Shown one piece after another: positions 37,062 to 45,624 of a stretch of 52,633 nucleotides of DNA. The notes beneath the pieces were generated by a model. That model did not search any database, was not told where the DNA came from, and was given only the letters and a program-made list of their open reading frames with translations. Both the position numbers and the translations under genes were made by a program. The DNA comes from Candidatus Enterocola sp. (GTDB lineage: Bacteria; Bacteroidota; Bacteroidia; Bacteroidales; Paludibacteraceae). The DNA lies in the NCBI GenBank assembly GCA_045616965.1, contig JAZLHT010000070.1, forward strand, positions 1-52,633, read 5' to 3'. Position 1 is the stretch's first letter. Each line of letters opens with the position of its first letter.

Positions 37062-37694
37062 ATGAAAACGTCAGATATTAAAATTGTTGTGGCAGACGAG
37101 AGTCATATCAAGTATGTGGATACAATACTTACAACAATAGCTACAGCAGCGGCCGTAAGAGGGACGGGAATAGCAAAACGTAACCCCGATTATGTTAAGC
37201 AGAAAATGCTTGAAGGGAAGGCTGTCATAGCACTTTACGGAGATGAGTTTGCAGGGTTCAGTTATATAGAGACATGGGGTGGAAAACATTACGTCACCAC
37301 ATCGGGTCTTATAGTACCTGAAAAATTCAGAGGATTGGGAGTTGCCAAGAGAATCAAGCATGTAACATTCACACTTGCACGCATGCGTTGGCCGGAGGCT
37401 AAGATATTCAGCTTAACGTCAGGAGCGGCTGTCATGAAACTAAATACAGAGCATGGCTATATACCTGTTACATTTGCCCAACTTACAGACGATGAGACAT
37501 TTTGGAAAGGGTGTGAGGGTTGTATAAACCACGATGTGCTTGAACGTACAGGCAGACGTTATTGCGTATGTACAGGTATGCTGTATGACCCTGAGCGTGA
37601 ACGTAGCGTGCGTGATGCCAATGAGGAACTTGAGAAAGACCCGGAAGTGATTGAAATAATAAAGAGCAGATTCCCCAACGGATTCCCAAATTAG
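37062..37694 (+). CDS. GNAT-family acyltransferase of the arg cluster (candidate glutamate N-acyltransferase)
   Basis: GNAT core RGLGVAKRIKHV, positioned between argR and argG as in Bacteroides arg clusters. The substrate cannot be read from the sequence. Confidence 0.65.
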   Translation: MKTSDIKIVVADESHIKYVDTILTTIATAAAVRGTGIAKRNPDYVKQKMLEGKAVIALYGDEFAGFSYIETWGGKHYVTTSGLIVPEKFRGLGVAKRIKHVTFTLARMRWPEAKIFSLTSGAAVMKLNTEHGYIPVTFAQLTDDETFWKGCEGCINHDVLERTGRRYCVCTGMLYDPERERSVRDANEELEKDPEVIEIIKSRFPNGFPN

Positions 37695-37729
37695 TGGTGA
37701 TGCGGTGATTTGGTGATATGAAATATGGA

Positions 37730-37793
37730 GCGAAGCGACAACTGACGATAGTCAGTCGTGCGAAGCACGTAGGGGTTTGGGGATATGCCCCAA
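37730..37793 (+). other. Structured intergenic element: GCGAAGC, 6-bp hairpin, GCGAAGC, GGGG/CCCC hairpin
   Basis: GCGAAGC at 37730-37736 and 37760-37766. actgac-gata-gtcagt lies between them. ttgggg-atatg-ccccaa at 37777-37793. A related element occurs at 45319-45350. Confidence 0.5.
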
Positions 37794-37897
37794 TAAATAA
37801 AGAATAAACTGCTTTTTTCATTTTTCACTAAATTAAGAGTGGAAGCGAAAAAATGCGGGAGAAGTAAAAATGCGTAAATTTTAATTGTTATAGAAAA

Positions 37898-39094
37898 ATG
37901 AAAAAAGTAGTAGTGGCATTTAGCGGTGGACTTGATACCTCTTACACCGTTATGTATCGTGCAAAAGAGAAAGGTTATGAAGTTTATGCAGCCTGTGCAA
38001 ACACAGGAGGGTTCAGTGCAGAACAGTTAAAAAAGAACGAGGAGAACGCCTATAAATTAGGTGCAAAAAAATATGTAACCCTTGATGTCACCCAAGAGTA
38101 CTATGAGAAGAGCCTTAAATATATGGTCTTTGGAAATGTGCTACGTAATAACTGTTACCCAATTTCAGTAAGCTCTGAGCGTATATTCCAAGCCATAGCC
38201 ATAGCCCGATATGCAAAAGAGATAGGCGCTTCAGCCATAGCACATGGCTCAACAGGAGCAGGCAATGACCAGATACGCTTTGATATGACATTCCTTGTAA
38301 TGGCACCGGGAGTAGAGATAATAACCCTTACAAGAGATGGTAACCTAAGCCGTCAGGAGGAGGTTGATTACCTTAATAAAAACGGATTTTTTGCCGATTT
38401 CACCAAGCTAAAGTACTCTTATAACGTGGGTATTTGGGGTACCTCAATCTGTGGAGGAGAGATTCTTGATTCCAAACAAGGTCTGCCAGAGTCGGCATAC
38501 CTTAAGCACCCTACAAAAGATGGACCTGAAATCCTAAAATTAGGGTTTGAAAAGGGAGAACTTTGCAGTGTGAACGGAAAGAACTTTACAGATAAAATTA
38601 AAGCCATTCAGGCAGTGGAGGAGATAGGAGCGGCATACGGAATAGGCAGGGATTGCCATGTTGGCGATACTATAATAGGTATTAAGGGTAGAGTGGGATT
38701 TGAAGCCGCAGCCCCAATGCTAATAATAGGAGCACACCGTTTCCTTGAGAAATACACGCTTAGCAAGTGGCAGCAATACTGGAAAGACCAGGTTTCCAAT
38801 TGGTACGGAATGTTCCTGCATGAGAGCCAATATCTTGAACCTGTAATGCCTGATATAGAGGCAATGCTTCAAAGCAGTCAGCGTAATGTAACAGGAGAGG
38901 TAACACTTGAACTACGTCCGTTAGGATTCCAAACATTAGGCGTAGATTCACCTAATGATTTGGTTAAAAATAAATTAGGAGAGTATGGAGAGACTGCCAA
39001 AGCGTGGAGTTCAGAGGATGCAAAAGGCTTTATTAAGGTAACTTCCACAGCACTGCGTGCATACTATCTTGCTCATCCGAATGAGAGACAGTAA
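37898..39094 (+). CDS. argG: Argininosuccinate synthase
   Basis: MKKVVVAFSGGLDTSY N-terminus and the AHGSTGAGNDQIRF motif. Confidence 0.92.
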   Translation: MKKVVVAFSGGLDTSYTVMYRAKEKGYEVYAACANTGGFSAEQLKKNEENAYKLGAKKYVTLDVTQEYYEKSLKYMVFGNVLRNNCYPISVSSERIFQAIAIARYAKEIGASAIAHGSTGAGNDQIRFDMTFLVMAPGVEIITLTRDGNLSRQEEVDYLNKNGFFADFTKLKYSYNVGIWGTSICGGEILDSKQGLPESAYLKHPTKDGPEILKLGFEKGELCSVNGKNFTDKIKAIQAVEEIGAAYGIGRDCHVGDTIIGIKGRVGFEAAAPMLIIGAHRFLEKYTLSKWQQYWKDQVSNWYGMFLHESQYLEPVMPDIEAMLQSSQRNVTGEVTLELRPLGFQTLGVDSPNDLVKNKLGEYGETAKAWSSEDAKGFIKVTSTALRAYYLAHPNERQ

Positions 39095-39215
39095 TAGAGT
39101 CAAGGGACTGTTACTAGGAACGAGTGCAGAACCAAGTTTACTTGGGTTATGCCGAGTGACGAAGTAATATGGTTAAGGCAAAGCCTTAACAAAGGGAACA
39201 AGTAAAAGGAATATT

Positions 39216-40178
39216 ATGATTAAAGTAGGAATTATAGGAGGTGCGGGCTATACCGCAGGGGAGTTGTTAAGAATACTTTTTAACCACCCTAATGTGGAAA
39301 TTAAGTTTGTTAACAGCAGTAGTAACGCAGGTAATAAACTCTACTCTGTGCATGAAGGGCTGTTTGGTGAAACAGATATGGAATTTACCGATGAAATGGA
39401 CTTAAATTCCATAGATGTAGTGTTTATGTGTTCCGGTCATGGCAAAAGCACAGAGTTTTGGGCAGAGCATAAAAAGCCTGAGTCTCTTAAAGTCATAGAC
39501 TTGGCTCAAGACTATCGCAATGAGAGTAACGGATATGTATATGGGCTTCCTGAAATTAACAGAGAACGCATAAAAAAATGCACACTCCTTGCAAATCCCG
39601 GGTGTTTTGCCACAGCAATACAACTTGGACTTATTCCGCTTGCCGCTAACGGTTTGCTTAATTCAGAAGTTCAGACCACAGGTATTACAGGTTCCACAGG
39701 GGCTGGAGTAAAACCTGGAGCAACCACCCATTTCAGTTGGCGTAACAATAACTTGTCTGTATATAAGGCATTTGAGCATCAACATCTTATAGAGATAAAC
39801 CAAACAATGCACAAACTACAGCCAAGTTTTGATAAGACCATAAACTTTATTCCGTTCAGAGGAGATTTTGCAAGAGGCATATTCATTGCTTCCCACCTTG
39901 ATTGCAAACTTAGTGCAGAAGAGGCTGTAAAACTCTATAAGGATTTCTACAAGGATGCCGTATTCACATTTGTTATGGATGAGAATCCTGATATGAAACA
40001 AGTGGTTAATACCAATAAGGCCATTGTTCATATAGAAAAACATGGAGACAAATTGCTGGTTCTATCCGCTATAGACAATTTGCTGAAAGGAGCATCAGGG
40101 CAGGCGGTTCAGAATATGAACCTGATGTTCGGGTTAGATGAAACTGCGGGGCTAAAACTCAAGAGTTCGGCATTTTAA
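39216..40178 (+). CDS. argC: N-acyl-gamma-glutamyl-phosphate reductase
   Basis: MIKVGIIGGAGYTAGELLRIL Rossmann N-terminus, the active-site region NPGCFATA and the C-terminal DNLLKGASGQAVQNMNLMFG. Confidence 0.92.
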   Translation: MIKVGIIGGAGYTAGELLRILFNHPNVEIKFVNSSSNAGNKLYSVHEGLFGETDMEFTDEMDLNSIDVVFMCSGHGKSTEFWAEHKKPESLKVIDLAQDYRNESNGYVYGLPEINRERIKKCTLLANPGCFATAIQLGLIPLAANGLLNSEVQTTGITGSTGAGVKPGATTHFSWRNNNLSVYKAFEHQHLIEINQTMHKLQPSFDKTINFIPFRGDFARGIFIASHLDCKLSAEEAVKLYKDFYKDAVFTFVMDENPDMKQVVNTNKAIVHIEKHGDKLLVLSAIDNLLKGASGQAVQNMNLMFGLDETAGLKLKSSAF

Positions 40179-40191
40179 GTACATAATTAAA

Positions 40192-41313
40192 TTACAGGCA
40201 CTTCTTGAAGCGGGTAAGGAACTCACTTGCATCTGCCATAGTAAGACATAGTGGTGGAAGAAGACGTATGGTGTTTGTCCCTGCCACACCTGTAAATACG
40301 TGCTGTTCAAACAGAAGTTTTGAGCGAATCTCTTTGATTGGTTGTTCAAACTCAAGACCTATCATAAGTCCACGTCCGCGAACCTCTTTTATCCCGTCAA
40401 ATTTGCCCAGTTCATCAAGTAAAAACGCACCTACCTCTGCGGCGTTCTGAATTAGGTTCTCTTTCTCTATTATATCCAAAACCGCTATGGCTCCGGCACA
40501 ACCAAGATGGTTACCGCCAAATGTGGTTCCAAGTTGTCCATATACAGGAGTAAATTTAGGACTTATAAGCATTCCGCTCATAGGGAATCCGTTGCAGATT
40601 CCTTTTGCCACTGTTATAAGGTCTGCCTTGATGCCTGAATACTGGTGAGCGAAGAATTTTCCGCTACGTCCGTATCCTGACTGTATCTCGTCAAGTATAA
40701 GTACTGTATCTGTCTCTGTGCATACATCGCGGAGCTGACGCATAAAGTTGTCATCGGGTACCTGAATACCACCTATACCCTGTATGCCCTCTATAATCAC
40801 AGATGAGTATTCATTGGTCTGTAACTCTTGTTTTACTGCCTCAATATCATTGAGTTCTACAAATTTAACCTCAAGACCCTCATTTACAGGGGCTATGTAT
40901 TTAGGAATATCAGTAACTCTTACCGCCGCAGATGTTCTGCCATGAAATGATTTCTTGAAAGCTAAAACCTTACGCCTGTCATTATAGAAAGAGGCAAGTT
41001 TAAGAGCATTCTCATTAGCCTCCGCACCTGAATTGACAAGGAATAGAAAATAATCGTCATATCCGCAAATTTTGCCCATTTTATCGGCAAGTTTACGCTG
41101 TAAACCATTTATTACGGAATTGGAATAGAATCCAAGTTTTGCCACTTGCTCACTAATGGCTTTTACATAATCCGGATGGGCATGACCAACTGATATTACG
41201 GCATGACCGCCATATAAATCAAGGTATTCCACACCTTCATTGTCATATACGTGACAACCATTGCCTCTAACTATCTCAATGGGGAACAGAGGATAAACAT
41301 CAAATAGTTTCAT
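40192..41313 (-). CDS. argD: Acetyl/succinyl-ornithine aminotransferase (class III PLP aminotransferase)
   Basis: YLDLYGGHAVISVGHAHP, LILDEIQSGYGRSGKFFA and TVAKGICNGFP (PLP lysine region). It is convergent with argC. Confidence 0.85.
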   Translation of the reverse strand: MKLFDVYPLFPIEIVRGNGCHVYDNEGVEYLDLYGGHAVISVGHAHPDYVKAISEQVAKLGFYSNSVINGLQRKLADKMGKICGYDDYFLFLVNSGAEANENALKLASFYNDRRKVLAFKKSFHGRTSAAVRVTDIPKYIAPVNEGLEVKFVELNDIEAVKQELQTNEYSSVIIEGIQGIGGIQVPDDNFMRQLRDVCTETDTVLILDEIQSGYGRSGKFFAHQYSGIKADLITVAKGICNGFPMSGMLISPKFTPVYGQLGTTFGGNHLGCAGAIAVLDIIEKENLIQNAAEVGAFLLDELGKFDGIKEVRGRGLMIGLEFEQPIKEIRSKLLFEQHVFTGVAGTNTIRLLPPLCLTMADASEFLTRFKKCL

Positions 41314-41367
41314 AACTAAAACTTTCTAAATTATCCGCAAAATTACTCATTTTATTTTATTTTTTTG

Positions 41368-41375
41368 TATATTTG
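41368..41375 (+). promoter_or_regulatory. -7 promoter box TATATTTG for the DASS transporter gene
   Basis: Exact TAnnTTTG match 30 nt before the GTG at 41405. Confidence 0.4.
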
Positions 41376-41404
41376 TTGTTCTAAATCTTTCATTATTTTC
41401 CTAC

Positions 41405-42844
41405 GTGTCAAAAAATAACATTATCAAGTTAGTTGTTATATCCGTGATAGGCTTGATTCTTGGGTTTATGCCTATTGAGTGGATTCCACTTGCCAATATG
41501 GATATTGCACAGCAGAGAATGCTTGCGGTGTTTGTCTTTACCGCATTGATGTGGGTGTTTGAGCCTGTATCCGCTTGGGTGACAAGTATTATAGGTATGC
41601 TCATAATCACGTTCACTGTATCTGACGGAGGTCTTACTTTTATGAGAGAAGGGATAGCCCCTGAACACCTTATTGACTATGAGAAAATATTGGCATCGTT
41701 TGCTGACCCAATAATCATATTGTTTTTAGGTGGTTTTGTAATTGCGGAGGTTGCTTCTTCATCGGGGCTTGACAAACAGATGGCTTCCATTATTCTAAAG
41801 CCATTCGGACACAAATCCAAATTCATTCTGTTAGGAATAATGCTTACTACCGCCGTTATCTCTATGTTTGTAAGTGACAGTGCCACATCTGCAATGATGT
41901 TTGCAATGCTGGCTCCTGTATTTAGAAACCTGCCTGCCGATGAGAAGGGAAGCGCCGCACTTGTTATAGGTATTCCTATTAGTGCCGTTGTAGGTGGTAC
42001 CGGCACCCCGATAGGAACCCCTCCTAACGCTATTGCACTTAAATATCTGAATGACCCTAACGGGCTGAATTTAGGCTTGGGCTTTGGGGATTGGGTGATT
42101 ACCATTGTCCCTTGTATGCTTGTGATTATTTTTGTGGCTTGGTTTATTCTATTAAAACTTTTCCCATTTAAGAGCGAGGAGATAAACCTAAAAATAGAGA
42201 AGGGCGATGTAAAGCCTTGCGACAGATGGAAATTCTGGACTATAATCTGCACCACTATTCTTACCATTGTACTATGGATGACTGATACTTTAACAGGACT
42301 TAACATAAGTATTGTAGCACTTATCCCTATTGTGGTATTCTCTATTACAGGTATATTTAAATCATCTGACATTCAGAAATTAGAGTGGAGCGTACTGTGG
42401 ATGGTGGCAGGTGGTTTTGCACTTGGCACAGGCATGGAGGAGACAGGGCTGGCTAAGAATATAGTAGCCTCTATCCCATTTGAGACTATGTCTCCTGCAT
42501 TTGTAATTATACTTGCCGGTCTGCTATGCTGGAGTCTCTCTGTATTTATCAGTAATACTGCCACTGCCGCTATGATGATGCCTATGATGCTTGCCATAGG
42601 TATTGGTTTGGGCTCTGCCATTACTCCATTTGGAGGTATTACCGCACTGCTTGTAATTGTTGCACTTGCCGCATCATACGCTGTAGTGCTTCCTATATCA
42701 ACGCCATCTAACGGTATAGCCTACTCTACCGGGTTGGTTTCAACAAAACAGATGGCTACCGCAGGTGTTATCATCGGGTTATTTGCCCTTACACTTGCAA
42801 TTGTGTGCATGTTTACCATTTGGCAATATATTAGTTTAGCATGA
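41405..42844 (+). CDS. DASS/SLC13-family sodium-coupled anion (di/tricarboxylate or sulfate) symporter
   Basis: 479-aa polytopic protein with duplicated SNTATAAMMMP / SDSATSAMMFAMLAP hairpin motifs typical of the DASS family. A GTG start is assumed. Confidence 0.75.
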   Translation: MSKNNIIKLVVISVIGLILGFMPIEWIPLANMDIAQQRMLAVFVFTALMWVFEPVSAWVTSIIGMLIITFTVSDGGLTFMREGIAPEHLIDYEKILASFADPIIILFLGGFVIAEVASSSGLDKQMASIILKPFGHKSKFILLGIMLTTAVISMFVSDSATSAMMFAMLAPVFRNLPADEKGSAALVIGIPISAVVGGTGTPIGTPPNAIALKYLNDPNGLNLGLGFGDWVITIVPCMLVIIFVAWFILLKLFPFKSEEINLKIEKGDVKPCDRWKFWTIICTTILTIVLWMTDTLTGLNISIVALIPIVVFSITGIFKSSDIQKLEWSVLWMVAGGFALGTGMEETGLAKNIVASIPFETMSPAFVIILAGLLCWSLSVFISNTATAAMMMPMMLAIGIGLGSAITPFGGITALLVIVALAASYAVVLPISTPSNGIAYSTGLVSTKQMATAGVIIGLFALTLAIVCMFTIWQYISLA

Positions 42845-43527
42845 AAAATATTGTAGTCTTTACAGGTGCAGGTGTCTCTGCTGACAGTGGTATAGCCACT
42901 TTTCGCGATAGTGACGGACTATGGTGTAACCATAGCGTAGAGGAAGTCTGCACTGCCGAAGCAATGCTTTGGAACAGAAAAGGTGTGATTGATTTCTATA
43001 ATGAGCGCCGTAAGGAGTTGCTTACCAAGGAGCCAAATGCAGCCCACTATGCCATAGCCAAGCTGGAAAAGTATTTTCCTGTTAAGGTGATTACTCAGAA
43101 CGTGGATAATCTGCATGAGCGTGCAGGCAGTACAGATATAACCCATCTGCATGGAGAACTTATGAAACTTCGTAGCAGCGATGATGAGACTGCCACTGTG
43201 CCTATAGACGGTTGGAAACAGGAGTACGATGCCCGTCACCCCGATGGTTCACTACTTAGACCTTATATTGTGTTTTTTGGAGAGAGCGTACCTAATCTTG
43301 TTAAGGCAATAGAGATTACTCAAAAAGCGGATATATTCATAGTTGTGGGCACCTCATTAAAAGTCTATCCTGCCGCATCACTATTACAATATGTACGGCA
43401 GGGTGTACCTGTTTATCTTGTTGACCCGGGGAATCCCGATTTAGTGGGAGTGGGAGAACCCTTCACCTTTATTAAGAAGCGAGCCGCAGAGGGCGTTCCA
43501 GAATTAGTGGAGACATTGATTTCGTAA
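42841..43527 (+). CDS. cobB: NAD-dependent protein deacylase (Sir2 family)
   Basis: TGAGVSADSGIATFRDSDGLW, QNVDNLHERAG and VVGTSLKVYPAA. ATGA overlap with the upstream gene. Confidence 0.9.
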   Translation: MKNIVVFTGAGVSADSGIATFRDSDGLWCNHSVEEVCTAEAMLWNRKGVIDFYNERRKELLTKEPNAAHYAIAKLEKYFPVKVITQNVDNLHERAGSTDITHLHGELMKLRSSDDETATVPIDGWKQEYDARHPDGSLLRPYIVFFGESVPNLVKAIEITQKADIFIVVGTSLKVYPAASLLQYVRQGVPVYLVDPGNPDLVGVGEPFTFIKKRAAEGVPELVETLIS

Positions 43528-43530
43528 AAT

Positions 43531-43554
43531 GGAACCGGCACCACAAAATGAAAA
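43531..43554 (+). repeat. Direct repeat copy 1 (ggaaccggcaccacaaaatgaaaa)
   Basis: Perfect 24-nt identity with 45357-45380. It starts 4 nt after the cobB stop. Confidence 0.9.
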
Positions 43555-43558
43555 AAAA

Positions 43559-43590
43559 GGGTGACTAAAATGGTATTATTTTAGTCACCC
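43559..43590. terminator. Bidirectional terminator hairpin between convergent cobB and the COG2865 paralogue
   Basis: 13-bp arms gggtgactaaaat / attttagtcaccc with a 6-nt loop. A8 lies upstream and a T-run downstream. Confidence 0.65.
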
Positions 43591-45165
43591 TCTTTTTGAT
43601 TTCTCATATGTCAACACTGCTAGACCTTTTTTTGACAAAACGTATTTTTGATTAGAACTAGTCGGTTTATCTGGAATAGTCATAGACACTAATCCCTCTT
43701 CTATCAATGGATTTATATACCTATTCTTAAATTTTGAAGTATTAGACATACCGTATTTTTCTTGAATGCCTTTTAATGCATTAGGTTCTTTCAGCATTTC
43801 AAAAACGGTTGACACCTGGTTCCAATTCAATCCTGTCTTAATTTCAAGTGAATCCCAACTTAAACTAGACTTAGTCCCTAACTTAGTCCCTAACTTAGTC
43901 CCTGACTTAGTCCCTGACAGCTGCATTTTTATCACCACTCTATCAGGATCTGCGCATTCGGAAATTTCAGGTATAATCCACTGATTATCTTTCCACCCCT
44001 TTATTATTACATCAGCACCGCTACCTGCTTTCTCTCCAATACCCATAAAAACAAACATTTTTTGAAGCAATGGATTACGGCAAACACTTTGCTGTCCTTG
44101 ATAGAATTGCTCTACAGAAACTAGCATATTACCAGGGTTACTTATTTCTATATGGTCTTTCCACCTATCAATTTTTATACTGGCTAGGCTATTATAATTA
44201 GCATGTATGATAGCATTTGCAAAAGCTTCTCTTACAGCAATATGTGCGGAAGAGTATTCGAGCCTTGTAATGCCATCATTGTTTAATTTAAAAGGGGTTG
44301 GCAAAGCATCATATAATTTATTTAATACCTTGAAAAAGAATTGGCACAAATTAGATTCCCATCTTCCGTCCGGATAAATTCTATCAGACCAACGCTCATT
44401 AGGGTCATCACCCAAATGTTCTTTGTAATCAACAAAAAATTGAGGCAAGCAATCACCAGATGATATATTTTCATACTTGCCAAACATAAGCATACCGGCA
44501 ACGGTAATACCCTCAATGCCTTTTTCTTTGGAAATTTTATATGCACCTATTTTTGTTAAAAACTCCTTATCTGACAACTCCACCCATGGATGCCCCTCGT
44601 GACGCCAATTATACTCCTTTCTATACTTTAAAAGTGTTGCTTCATCAATATCTTCAATGGTATAGCCAGATAGAATTTTTGCATCTAATGTGTCCTTGTT
44701 AATGTTTGAATCTGAAAACATTAGCCGCACTTCATCATCAGTACAACGGTAATCTCCCTCGTTTCTCCTTTTGTACGTATTCCCGAAAGGAGAACCATTC
44801 AAAAAGATTGGTTTTATAGTATAATCTGCTCTTGGTATTTCAAAAACCAAAATCCTAGATTCTCCTATATTGTATGTTCTCACGTCCTTTTCTTGTAGTA
44901 AGGATTCACTTATTTTTTGCTTATTATGAGCCTGATTCCAAAACTCATTTTTTAATTTTTCAACTTCATCGTTACTTAAATTATCAATAATAGGAATATG
45001 ATTGCCTTTCTCCTTAACGCCCAATACTATAACACCACCATTAGTATTAGCAAAAGCAGAGAATGTTGACCAAAAAGATTGAGGAAATCCTCCTTTTGCA
45101 GATTTAAATTCTATTCTGTCATTCTCTCTATGGTCAATAATTTTTAAAATATCAACAATATTCAT
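43585..45165 (-). CDS. Third COG2865-type Schlafen-like AlbA_2 / HATPase_c_4 / wHTH protein
   Basis: IEFKSAKGGFPQSFWSTFSAFANTNGGVIVLGVKEK and VREAFANAIIHANY...ISNPGNMLVS. The N-terminal half aligns by eye with the 8344-10152 product. Confidence 0.8.
   Translation of the reverse strand: MNIVDILKIIDHRENDRIEFKSAKGGFPQSFWSTFSAFANTNGGVIVLGVKEKGNHIPIIDNLSNDEVEKLKNEFWNQAHNKQKISESLLQEKDVRTYNIGESRILVFEIPRADYTIKPIFLNGSPFGNTYKRRNEGDYRCTDDEVRLMFSDSNINKDTLDAKILSGYTIEDIDEATLLKYRKEYNWRHEGHPWVELSDKEFLTKIGAYKISKEKGIEGITVAGMLMFGKYENISSGDCLPQFFVDYKEHLGDDPNERWSDRIYPDGRWESNLCQFFFKVLNKLYDALPTPFKLNNDGITRLEYSSAHIAVREAFANAIIHANYNSLASIKIDRWKDHIEISNPGNMLVSVEQFYQGQQSVCRNPLLQKMFVFMGIGEKAGSGADVIIKGWKDNQWIIPEISECADPDRVVIKMQLSGTKSGTKLGTKLGTKSSLSWDSLEIKTGLNWNQVSTVFEMLKEPNALKGIQEKYGMSNTSKFKNRYINPLIEEGLVSMTIPDKPTSSNQKYVLSKKGLAVLTYEKSKRG
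43869..43916 (-). repeat. In-frame 12-bp tandem repeat, 4 copies (acttagtcccta/g on +), encoding GTK(S/L) x4
   Basis: Read directly from the sequence. It occupies the same linker position (after the HATPase_c_4-like domain, before the wHTH) as the 21-bp repeat in the paralogue. Confidence 0.9.
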
Positions 45166-45318
45166 TGCTTCTTATGTTACAAACATCTACGCACAAAAAT
45201 ACAAAAAATATATAAATTTTAAGTCACTATAGATAAATTTTTTAGACTTTATATTTTGTTGTGATGTTCAGTTAGGCAAGTTAGCACTTGCGTAGTAAAA
45301 GACCTCTTTGGAGGTCAC

Positions 45319-45350
45319 GCGAAGCGAGGGGGTACGGGGAACTCCCCGTA
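45319..45350 (+). other. Second copy of the structured element: GCGAAGC plus GGGG run plus 8-bp hairpin
   Basis: GCGAAGC at 45319-45325, then gaggggg, then tacgggga-ac-tccccgta at 45333-45350. The layout matches 37760-37793. Confidence 0.5.
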
Positions 45351-45356
45351 AACAAG

Positions 45357-45380
45357 GGAACCGGCACCACAAAATGAAAA
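45357..45380 (+). repeat. Direct repeat copy 2 (ggaaccggcaccacaaaatgaaaa)
   Basis: Perfect 24-nt identity with 43531-43554. Positions 45363-45377 are also the inverted complement of 45402-45416 (tRNA-Phe 3' end plus trailer). Confidence 0.9.
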
Positions 45381-45416
45381 GAGACCTCTTTTGGAGGTCT
45401 CTCATTTTGTGGTGCC
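45363..45416 (-). terminator. Long hairpin spanning the tRNA-Phe 3' acceptor strand and trailer (probable tRNA terminator)
   Basis: ggcaccacaaaatga(aaa)gagacctc - tttt - ggaggtctctcattttgtggtgcc, about 23 bp with a 3-nt bulge. A related small hairpin gacctc-tttg-gaggtc lies at 45301-45316. Confidence 0.5.
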
Positions 45417-45482
45417 ACCAGGAATCGAACCGGGGACACAAGGATTTTCAGTCCTTTGCTCTACCAACTGAGCTATGGCACC
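45410..45482 (-). tRNA. tRNA-Phe (anticodon GAA)
   Basis: The reverse complement is GGTGCCATAGCTCAGTTGGTAGAGCAAAGGACTGAAAATCCTTGTGTCCCCGGTTCGATTCCTGGTGGCACCA. It folds as a cloverleaf with anticodon loop CTGAAAA. There is one C:U mismatch in the T-stem, and CCA is not encoded. Confidence 0.9.
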
Positions 45483-45602
45483 AATCACCACTTTGGGTTT
45501 TGGGACTGCAAAGGTATATTTTTTTTTTTATTCCGCAAAATTTTTTAGAGAAATTTTAATAAAAAAGAGAAAAAAATCATTTGCTTTTAGTGTAAAAAAG
45601 CG

Positions 45603-45610
45603 TAATTTTG
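45603..45610 (+). promoter_or_regulatory. -7 promoter box TAATTTTG for the protease gene
   Basis: Exact TAnnTTTG match 15 nt before the ATG at 45625. Confidence 0.4.
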
Positions 45611-45624
45611 CAAAAAATTTTAAA

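Noticed and set aside
41677-42621. 231-aa and 82-aa ORFs antisense to the DASS transporter gene
   Set aside because: Same reasoning as for the spmAB antisense ORF: these are mirror-frame artefacts of a hydrophobic membrane-protein gene and carry no motifs.
43869-43916. Tandem repeats here and at 9881-9934, considered as a possible CRISPR or other repeat-spacer array
   Set aside because: The units are contiguous with no spacers, only 12 and 21 bp long, in frame and inside coding sequences. No cas genes are present.
45519-45529. T11 homopolymer between tRNA-Phe and the protease gene, considered as a phase-variable promoter spacer
   Set aside because: It lies about 75 nt upstream of the -7 box, outside the spacer where length changes would alter promoter geometry. 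It more likely belongs to the AT-rich UP region.
45308-45624. ORFs 45308-45559 and the 5' part of 45475-47313 that run across tRNA-Phe and its hairpin
   Set aside because: They overlap a clear tRNA gene and structured non-coding DNA. The protease has a proper signal peptide starting at 45625.
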